From an uncultured bacterium (GTDB lineage Bacteria; UBA8481), in NCBI GenBank assembly GCA_964499705.1, contig CAZCME010000001.1:261243-325242 (forward strand): 64,000 nt of DNA. The letters are read 5' to 3'. The notes under the pieces are model-generated. The model saw nothing but the letters and a program-made list of their open reading frames with translations. It made no database searches and had not been told where the DNA came from. Both the position numbers and the translations under genes were made by a program. Shown here piece by piece: positions 10,172 through 17,143 of the stretch; position 1 is the first letter of the stretch, and each line of letters begins with the position of its first letter.

Positions 10172-10782
10172 TCCCGACGCCGCTGCTGGAAAAGTTCGGT
10201 CGCGTCTACGCCGCGGGCGATCTCGTCTTCTGCGAATTCGAGGACGGCAGCGAATGCTTCGTTGTTCATTCCGGAGAAGTCTCCATCATCAAGATCTCCG
10301 GCGGTTCCGAGAAGATCCTCGCGATCCTGAAGGAAGGGGACATCTTCGGGGAGATGGGGGTCCTGGAGAAGAAACCGCGCACCGCGACGGCGATGGCCCT
10401 GACGGAACTGACCGTCCTGGCGCTCGACCTGCGCGGGCTCCAGGCGATGGTGCAGGCGCAGCCCTTCTTCGCCTTCACGCTCGGCAAGACGCTAGGCCGC
10501 CGCATCATCCAGTCCTTCCGGCATGTCTCGAACCTCTCGATCGAGAACCCGAGAGTCCGCGTCGTCGACATGCTGCTCTGGAAGATGGAGGAACCGAAGG
10601 AAGAGGGCGGGCTGCACGTGACGCCGCACAGCCTGGCGGAGATTGCCGATTTCGTCGGCCTGCCGTTTCAGGAAGTGGAGCGCGTGATGAAGGAATACTC
10701 CGATCTCGGGCGCGTCAAGATTCTTGCGGACAAGATCGTGATCTCCGACGTGCGGAGCATGAAGCGACTGCTGAAGCTGTAG
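10168..10782 (+). CDS. Crp/Fnr family transcriptional regulator
   Basis: GDIFGEMGVLEKKPRTATA cNMP motif; C-terminal HTH SLAEIADFVGLPFQEVERVM; ATGA overlap with the upstream gene. Confidence 0.85.
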   Translation: MIPTPLLEKFGRVYAAGDLVFCEFEDGSECFVVHSGEVSIIKISGGSEKILAILKEGDIFGEMGVLEKKPRTATAMALTELTVLALDLRGLQAMVQAQPFFAFTLGKTLGRRIIQSFRHVSNLSIENPRVRVVDMLLWKMEEPKEEGGLHVTPHSLAEIADFVGLPFQEVERVMKEYSDLGRVKILADKIVISDVRSMKRLLKL

Positions 10783-10786
10783 AGAG

Positions 10787-11401
10787 TCACGGCTCGGCGA
10801 TCAGGTTGAGCCAGCGGCCTTTCCGGTCCTGGTTGACGACGCCCCGCAGGGACCGGGTCGTGAATCCGGCATCGGTGACGAGACCGGCGAGATCCGTTTT
10901 CAGATAGCTGGCGAAGAACCGCCCCGGAATCCAGGTCCCCGGATGAATGCCTTCGCGCCGGCCGTTATGCAGGGTCGCCGCGAGAATGCCTCCCGGTTTC
11001 AAGGACGACCGTATCCTCCGTAGAAGTCCCGGAAGTTTCGCCTTGGGCACGTGAATGAGAGACGCGTTGGCCCAGACGAGGTCGAATTTCCCGCGCGGAA
11101 AATCGAAGGCGAGCATGTCGGAACAGAGACAGCGTACGGACTGATGGCGGCAGCGCGCGCGCGCGCCCCGCACGAAGACATCCGTCGCGTCCACCGCGGT
11201 GACGCGGCAACCGTGGCGAGCCAGATAAGCGGAATCGTGTCCCGTGCCGCAGCCCAGATCGAGAACGGCGGAGCGCGGGGCGAGGAGCCTCGCGACTTCG
11301 AAAAGAAAAGGGGGGATGCGGCGCGAGGAAGTCAGGCGTTTTTCGAAGAGCGTTGCGTGAGATCGATAGGCCTGGATCGTGGATTGAAGGATGCGGTTCA
11401 T
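10787..11401 (-). CDS. Class I SAM-dependent methyltransferase
   Basis: VLDLGCGTG, VTAVD, FDLVWANASLIHVP, LKPGG. Confidence 0.9.
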   Translation of the reverse strand: MNRILQSTIQAYRSHATLFEKRLTSSRRIPPFLFEVARLLAPRSAVLDLGCGTGHDSAYLARHGCRVTAVDATDVFVRGARARCRHQSVRCLCSDMLAFDFPRGKFDLVWANASLIHVPKAKLPGLLRRIRSSLKPGGILAATLHNGRREGIHPGTWIPGRFFASYLKTDLAGLVTDAGFTTRSLRGVVNQDRKGRWLNLIAEP

Positions 11402-11407
11402 GTCCGA

Positions 11408-12310
11408 CTATGCGGCGCGGTAGACCTGTTCCTTCTGTCCCGAGGGGAGGCACGACCCCCGCAGGATCAATTCTTCCGGGAGCGTGATATTTTCGAGCGC
11501 ATCCTTTTCGCCCTTCAAGGCTTTCAGGATCATCTGCACTCCGAGCGCGCCCATCTGGTCGAACGGCTGACGGACGGACCCGAGAGCGGGAGCGGTTCGG
11601 CGCGCGCTGTCGGAATCGTCGAAGCCGATGATGGCCATCTGATCCGGGACAACGATTCCCTGGCTACGCAGCGTTCGGATTCCGCCGAAGGCCTGGATGT
11701 CGCTGGAGAATATGATGGCGTCGAGATTCGGCACGCGTTCGAGGAGCTGCTTCGTCTTCAGGGCGGCGTTCTGCATGTCATAGTTCCCCTCGTCCTCCGC
11801 TTCCAGCGTCAGACCGCGCTCGGCCAGTACCGATTTGATCTCATTGTGGCGCGTCGACCCGGCCCAACCGGCGTCGAGACAGGGTCCGATGAAGCCGATC
11901 TTTTTCCGGCCGAGATCGAGCATGGCCTGAGCCGCAAGCCGCGCGCCCATCTTGTGGTCCAGGAATATGGTGCCTTTTCCCCGCACGGGCAGCGGCCGCT
12001 CGATGAAGACCGTGGGCTTGCCTTTCTTCGCGAGAGCATCAACGAGCGACTGGTCGAAATCCATGAAGACCGCCAGCAATCCGATGATGGAGGGCTCGTT
12101 CAGAACTTCGTCCAGGAATTCCTGTTTCTTTTTTCCCGCGTCGGGGCTCTGAACGTCCAGGCGCAGCCGGTATTCGTGATAGTCGCATTCCAGGAGGCCC
12201 CGACTGACGCCCTGCTCGATTTCGTGGTCGACATAGGAAGCACGATAGGCCCAGAGGATCGCGATGTGCTGCGCGCCCTCGACGAGTTTCATGGAGATCA
12301 CATCGCTCAT
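11408..12310 (-). CDS. LacI-family ligand-binding domain protein without a recognisable HTH
   Basis: DHKMGARLAAQAMLDLGRKKIGFIG, DAIIFSSDIQAFG, VPDQMAIIGFDD, PALGSVRQP, ELILRGS. Confidence 0.8.
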   Translation of the reverse strand: MSDVISMKLVEGAQHIAILWAYRASYVDHEIEQGVSRGLLECDYHEYRLRLDVQSPDAGKKKQEFLDEVLNEPSIIGLLAVFMDFDQSLVDALAKKGKPTVFIERPLPVRGKGTIFLDHKMGARLAAQAMLDLGRKKIGFIGPCLDAGWAGSTRHNEIKSVLAERGLTLEAEDEGNYDMQNAALKTKQLLERVPNLDAIIFSSDIQAFGGIRTLRSQGIVVPDQMAIIGFDDSDSARRTAPALGSVRQPFDQMGALGVQMILKALKGEKDALENITLPEELILRGSCLPSGQKEQVYRAA

Positions 12311-12449
12311 TATCCCGTCCGTCCAATCCGGCGAATTCTCCCGTTCAACCCGGGGCCACGAGAGTGAGGAAGATTCTACAGAAGCCCGGGATGAAATCAA
12401 CGCAAGAAAAATACTTCATACTTCATGCCACTTACTTCATACTTCTCAA

Positions 12450-13223
12450 GTGTCCTGGTACGTTTATATAGAAGATGAGTCGCATGGTCCCTACGACAAG
12501 GAGGAACTGAAGAACTTCCTGAAGCCGACGGATTTCGTCGCCAAGGTCGGAACGGCGGCCTGGATGGAAGCCACGAAAGATCCGGAGCTGGCCGCGCTCT
12601 TTATCGCTCCGCCTGTTCCAGCGGACGTCGACCCGATGTGGTATGTCACGCCGAAGGGGAAGCCGCAGCGGGGGAGATTCACGCCCGGGGCGCTGGCCAA
12701 CATGCTGAAAAAGAATACCTTGCAGCCGGACGATCTGGTCCGCCATGAATCCTGGGATCGGGGCGTGCTGCTCCGGGAGTCGAGCGCGTACAGGAAAATA
12801 ACGTCGGGCGGAGTCAAGCCTGAGGAGTTGACGGAGGCGGATTGGCTGGCTTCCGAGCCCGCGAAGCAACAGCCTGCCCCGTCTGTCGCCACCCCCGCCG
12901 CTTCCGGGGCCGCCCGGAGCTTGCGCAACAGGTTCAGGATGGATTTCGAGTGGACTCCGGTCACAATGGGGATGGTCGCCCTGGTCTTCCTGCTCCCGCT
13001 GCTCGGCTTTCTCGGTTACGAATACGGATATCGCGGCTCCGATATGGAATTTCGCGCGCAATACGGGGAAGCTCAGGATGAATGCGCCAAGGACGACATA
13101 TCCAGGACGATCTGCGCGGAGAGCCCCGGCCGGTGCGGATGCTCGGAAAAAGGTTCGTGCGCCATGAGGGAATGCATCAAGTTCGCGTCCTACAACCGGG
13201 TGCGAAAATCCCCTGGCAAATAG
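12450..13223 (+). CDS. Tandem GYF_2 (DUF4339)-like / single TM / 6-Cys domain protein, paralog 1
   Basis: WYVY..HGPYDKEELK and WYVTPKG..RGRFT..AL repeats, TM helix, C-x9-C-x6-CxC-x5-C-x4-C. GTG start at 12450 chosen by alignment to the paralogs. Confidence 0.75.
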   Translation: MSWYVYIEDESHGPYDKEELKNFLKPTDFVAKVGTAAWMEATKDPELAALFIAPPVPADVDPMWYVTPKGKPQRGRFTPGALANMLKKNTLQPDDLVRHESWDRGVLLRESSAYRKITSGGVKPEELTEADWLASEPAKQQPAPSVATPAASGAARSLRNRFRMDFEWTPVTMGMVALVFLLPLLGFLGYEYGYRGSDMEFRAQYGEAQDECAKDDISRTICAESPGRCGCSEKGSCAMRECIKFASYNRVRKSPGK

Positions 13224-13278
13224 ACCGTCCTGATTAACAATGGTTTTCTCTCCATGAAAATTGGCATATAAATCGCGT

Positions 13279-14040
13279 ATGCGCTGGTATCTCTTCAGGA
13301 ACGAAACGGTTCACGGCCCCTACGAAAAGGAGGATCTGAAGTCGTTCCTGACCGCGACGGATCAGGTGGCCAGGGAGGGTTCCGACGCATGGGGCGAAGC
13401 GCAGAAAGATGGCGCGCTGGAAGATATCTTCACGACGTTCATTCAGCCGGATCTGGAATGGTATGTCACTTTGAAAGGAAAACCGACACGCGGACCGTTC
13501 GCCCAGTCGGCGCTTTTAAATCTCCTTAAGAAAAATGAAATTGGCCCGAATGACTCCATTCGCCACACCTCGTGGCCGAAGGCCGTGCCACTTCGGGAGA
13601 CGCGCATCCACAAATACATGTCCGATGCGGCGGTCCGGCTGGAGGATGTTCCTCCCGATGAGTGGAAGGAGGCTCCGAAGGTCGCCGGTTCAACAGCGCC
13701 CGTCAGGCCATCCGGATCGGCGAGTTCAGCCGCCGGAAAGAAGAACAAGTTCAAGCTGGATATCGAATGGAACGCGATGTCCATCTCCATCGTGATCGCG
13801 GCCCTTCTTTTGCCCCTGGTCGGATACATGAGCTACGATTCCGCCTACAAGGGCTCCGATCTCGAACTGAGGATCCAATACGGCAAGCCCGCGGGCGACT
13901 GCCGGACGGACGAGACCTCCAAGAATATCTGCGGCGATCGTCCCCTGAAATGCGCGTGCAAGACAAAAGGGGATTGCGGCATGCCCGAATGCGCCAGGCT
14001 GGGCCAGATTCTGGACGCGAAAGCGGGGCGCCATCCGTGA
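13279..14040 (+). CDS. Tandem GYF_2-like / TM / 6-Cys domain protein, paralog 2
   Basis: MRWYLFRNETVHGPYEKEDLK, WYVTLKGKPTRGPFAQSAL, TM, same Cys spacing. Confidence 0.75.
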   Translation: MRWYLFRNETVHGPYEKEDLKSFLTATDQVAREGSDAWGEAQKDGALEDIFTTFIQPDLEWYVTLKGKPTRGPFAQSALLNLLKKNEIGPNDSIRHTSWPKAVPLRETRIHKYMSDAAVRLEDVPPDEWKEAPKVAGSTAPVRPSGSASSAAGKKNKFKLDIEWNAMSISIVIAALLLPLVGYMSYDSAYKGSDLELRIQYGKPAGDCRTDETSKNICGDRPLKCACKTKGDCGMPECARLGQILDAKAGRHP

Positions 14041-14063
14041 TTCGCGGCAGGGACGCGTAGGCG

Positions 14064-14798
14064 GTGCGCTGGTATCTCTACCGGAACGATACCGTTCACG
14101 GCCCTTATGAGAAGGAGGAACTGAAGACGTTCCTCGCGCCCGCGGACAAGATCGCACGGGAGAACACGGACGCGTGGACGGATGCGTCCGGCGATGAGCT
14201 TCTCGAGGATATTTTCACGACGTTTCTGCAGCCCGTCCTGGAATGGCACGTCACGCCGAAAGGCAGGCCGCAGCGCGGGCCCTTCGCCCAGTCCGCTCTG
14301 CTGAACCTTCTCAAGAAAAAGGAAATCGCGCCGGATGATCTCCTGAAACACGAGTCCTGGCCGAAGGCCGTTCCGCTGAGAGATACTCGGATCTATCGGT
14401 ATCTGAAGGATGATCTGGTCAAATTGGAGGACGTGCCGCCGGACGAGTGGAAAGAAGCGCCCCGGCAGAAAAATACGACGGCGCCCGTGCCGCCGTCAGG
14501 TCGGAAGAGGCGCATCAAGCTGGACTTTGAACTGACGACGGGCCGGAAGATCATGATCGGCCTCGTCGTCATGACTCCGTTGATCGGCTTTATCGGTTAT
14601 GACAATTTCTATCGCGGTTCCGACATCGCGTTCCGGATCGAGCATGGAACGGCGACCGGCAATTGCACGACGGACGAGATATCAAAAACCATCTGTCCCA
14701 AAAATCCCGGCAAATGCGGATGCAATCCCAAGGGCGATTGCTCCATGCCGGCCTGCGAGATGTACCGGAAAATGCAGCAGCAGGGGCAGGCGAAGTAG
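14064..14798 (+). CDS. Tandem GYF_2-like / TM / 6-Cys domain protein, paralog 3
   Basis: MRWYLYRNDTVHGPYEKEELK, WHVTPKGRPQRGPFAQSAL, TM, same Cys spacing. Confidence 0.75.
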   Translation: MRWYLYRNDTVHGPYEKEELKTFLAPADKIARENTDAWTDASGDELLEDIFTTFLQPVLEWHVTPKGRPQRGPFAQSALLNLLKKKEIAPDDLLKHESWPKAVPLRDTRIYRYLKDDLVKLEDVPPDEWKEAPRQKNTTAPVPPSGRKRRIKLDFELTTGRKIMIGLVVMTPLIGFIGYDNFYRGSDIAFRIEHGTATGNCTTDEISKTICPKNPGKCGCNPKGDCSMPACEMYRKMQQQGQAK

Positions 14799-14805
14799 GG
14801 AAGAC

Positions 14806-15447
14806 TCAGTACGAGTCGTAGGTTCTTCCCTCGGTGGACATCATCGTGTTGTTGACGCGGACTCTTCCTTCCACATTCACGTAATGCCATCCCCGCCAGT
14901 TGCCGTTGGGATTGACGCCGGCGATGTTGCACTGCCAGACACCGTTGGACCAGTTGGTCTGGCCTCCCCAGAAGCTGACCGTGCCGTCATCGGAGACTTC
15001 GCTCATCGGGATGTGGTCGATGTAATTAATGAGAAAGACGCCGAACGCGCCCTTCTCGATCGTGGTGCCGTTCGAATCGTCACCCGACCATTGCTCGCCG
15101 TTGTTGGGGATGCCGACGCCGGGGCCCTCCCGGAGCGACCACGGGAATCCGCCGGTCGAATTCGCGCCGGCCTGGTTATAGGAATAGTTGACGCCTTTCA
15201 TCGTGAAGAAGACATTGATGGCGGTGCGGAGAGACGCGAGATGGGACCAGGTCCGGCCTTCGCGGGCTTTGCGGAGCGCATGCTTGATGTTGGAGAGGCT
15301 GACGGCGGCGAGAACGCCGATGATGGCGCAGACCACGAGGAGCTCGATCAGGGTGAAACCGTCGCGTTTCGCGGAAGAAAGGCGGGACACGCGGGGCCGT
15401 TGCCGACGGCCGGAGCGTCCGCGCGGGATTTCACGGAGCTGCTGCAT
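14806..15447 (-). CDS. Type IV pilin-like protein, paralog A
   Basis: Basic leader, KRDG|FTLIELLVV prepilin site with Glu5; KAREGRT..HL..LRT; C-terminal GWHY..G.VR.NN..STEG..Y..Y. Confidence 0.88.
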   Translation of the reverse strand: MQQLREIPRGRSGRRQRPRVSRLSSAKRDGFTLIELLVVCAIIGVLAAVSLSNIKHALRKAREGRTWSHLASLRTAINVFFTMKGVNYSYNQAGANSTGGFPWSLREGPGVGIPNNGEQWSGDDSNGTTIEKGAFGVFLINYIDHIPMSEVSDDGTVSFWGGQTNWSNGVWQCNIAGVNPNGNWRGWHYVNVEGRVRVNNTMMSTEGRTYDSY

Positions 15448-15455
15448 GGGACTCT

Positions 15456-16133
15456 TCAGTATTTATAATACTCTTGTCCGTCGGTGGACAAGGAGTTGTT
15501 GTTGATGCGGACATTGCCGGTGGTGTTTTTGTAATACCACCCTCTCCAGTTGCCGTTGATGTTCGGCACCGCGGTTGTCACGAAGTTGTCGCACCATCCG
15601 GCCGTGCCGCCCTTGCCCTCGTTGTAATAGCCGTCACCGCAGAGCGGATCGCCGTTCTTTCCTATAAGTGCGGAGGGCATCTGAGCGAGAAATCTGTTCA
15701 CACCGGCACCATAGCCCCAATCACCGACTTCGCCGCCGCCTGTTTCAATCCTCCATCCATCCTGACCGTCCTCCATCAGGTACCCTTCGCCGCCTACGGG
15801 GGGCGAAGGTCCCCAGCTTCCCTCCTTCAGGTTCCACGGAAATCCGTTCGTCGAATTCGGTGTGACCATATAGTTTCCATTATATTTCGGCTTGTATTGT
15901 CCCCCGCCTCCGGCGCCGGGCCCTCCCATGGCGGAGAACGCCTGGACGGCCGTTCGCAGGGTATTGAGATGCACGTAGGTTTTTCCTTCGCGGGCCTTCC
16001 AGATCGCGCGCTTCAGGTTCGCGAACATGAGGACCCCGAGAATGCCGAGGATGACGCAGATGACGAGGAGCTCCAGGAGCGTAAACCCCTTTTCGTTTCT
16101 ACGGGCTTGTGAGAAGCGCGCGCTGAGATTCAT
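15456..16133 (-). CDS. Type IV pilin-like protein, paralog B
   Basis: NEKG|FTLLELLVI; same conserved N- and C-terminal blocks as paralogs A and C. Confidence 0.88.
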   Translation of the reverse strand: MNLSARFSQARRNEKGFTLLELLVICVILGILGVLMFANLKRAIWKAREGKTYVHLNTLRTAVQAFSAMGGPGAGGGGQYKPKYNGNYMVTPNSTNGFPWNLKEGSWGPSPPVGGEGYLMEDGQDGWRIETGGGEVGDWGYGAGVNRFLAQMPSALIGKNGDPLCGDGYYNEGKGGTAGWCDNFVTTAVPNINGNWRGWYYKNTTGNVRINNNSLSTDGQEYYKY

Positions 16134-16192
16134 ACGATCGATTCGGCCTTTCGGATCCGGAGTTGAGGCGCCGGCGGAACAAAAATCAAGCC

Positions 16193-16204
16193 GCAAGCGA
16201 TTGC
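16193..16204. promoter_or_regulatory. Palindromic GCAA-N4-TTGC candidate operator upstream of pilin B
   Basis: GCAAGCGATTGC, identical to 16972-16983. Confidence 0.5.
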
Positions 16205-16211
16205 ACGGCCT

Positions 16212-16242
16212 ATTATAGGCATACCAGGAGAGTGACTGTCAA
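16212..16242 (-). promoter_or_regulatory. Candidate sigma70 promoter of pilin B (TTGACA-N19-TATAAT)
   Basis: Plus strand has ATTATA at 16212-16217 and TGTCAA at 16237-16242. Confidence 0.5.
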
Positions 16243-16267
16243 CCCCGGAAATGAGAAAAAGTGAGAA

Positions 16268-16924
16268 TCAGTAAAGGTCGTATTGCTTGCCGTCGGTGGA
16301 GACGCACGTGTTGTTGATCCGTACTTTTCCGTCCACGTTGCGGTAGTGAAAACCGCGGTCGTTACTGTTCGCGATGCCATCCCCCGGGTTGGATTGCGCG
16401 TCGGTCGTGGGCCGGTTCGTCTCCCAGACTCCCCCCAGGAAATAAAAGCCGTCGTCGAAGGCGATGTGGAATTTCCCGTCCTTGGCGACTTCCGCCGAGG
16501 GAAAGTCCGTGAGGTAAGTGGTCAGATACGCGCTGAATTGCCCCTTTTCCACGACGCACGGCCAGTTCGGATCACGTTCATCGCCATGCCAGTCGGATCC
16601 GCCGGCGGGAGGAGCGACCACCGCGCCTGTGGGATCCTGCATCAGAGCGTAGGGATAGCCGTTGGTGTGATGAGCGGCGATGGAGTCGATCTCGTAGTTG
16701 TATTCCATGCCCTTCTGCGCATGGAAAAGCTCCACCACCGTGCGCACCGTCTGCAGGTGCTCATAGGTTCTGCCTTCACGGGCTTTCCAGAGAGCCCTCT
16801 TCAGGTTGGCAAACATGACAACCGCCAGAATTCCCAGGATCGCCACGATGACGAGCAGCTCGATCAGCGTAAAACCTCGACCGTTCGTTGATGATAGGGA
16901 TATCCGTTTCCTGAGTGTGCTCAC
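16268..16924 (-). CDS. Type IV pilin-like protein, paralog C
   Basis: NGRG|FTLIELLVI; GTG start at 16924 preceded by AAGGAG; same conserved blocks. Confidence 0.88.
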   Translation of the reverse strand: MSTLRKRISLSSTNGRGFTLIELLVIVAILGILAVVMFANLKRALWKAREGRTYEHLQTVRTVVELFHAQKGMEYNYEIDSIAAHHTNGYPYALMQDPTGAVVAPPAGGSDWHGDERDPNWPCVVEKGQFSAYLTTYLTDFPSAEVAKDGKFHIAFDDGFYFLGGVWETNRPTTDAQSNPGDGIANSNDRGFHYRNVDGKVRINNTCVSTDGKQYDLY

Positions 16925-16971
16925 GCCCGCTCCTTCCGGAGCCATCCGCTGATTCCCCACTACCTGCTTAT

Positions 16972-16983
16972 GCAAGCGATTGC
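16972..16983. promoter_or_regulatory. Palindromic GCAA-N4-TTGC candidate operator upstream of pilin C
   Basis: GCAAGCGATTGC; a minus-strand TTGACA-N17-TAACAT lies just upstream (17036-17008). Confidence 0.5.
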
Positions 16984-17143
16984 GAATAGCTTTCTATATA
17001 AGTCGAGATGTTACAGAACTCCGCGGCGCGTGTCAAACTATTTCGGAGCGCGAAGCGAAAAGTGTGGATGCGGAGCGCTCCCCGACCGGAACAAATCATT
17101 AATCCCTTCCCCTGAGCGATTCCTTCGGCTTAAATACGGCGCG

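Noticed and set aside
15456-16133. High aromatic content (about 13% by manual count) suggesting conductive e-pili
   Set aside because: The heuristic is contested, these are long globular pilins, and no cytochromes are nearby.
14806-16924. Diversity-generating retroelement or shufflon acting on the pilins
   Set aside because: No reverse transcriptase, recombinase or near-identical template/variable repeat pair, and each pilin has its own leader.
16970-17143. N-terminal extensions in the ORF track (valS, efp, GYF paralog 1, PilX-like, DHH, HD and others)
   Set aside because: Downstream starts fit RBS, stop/start overlaps and family N-termini better.
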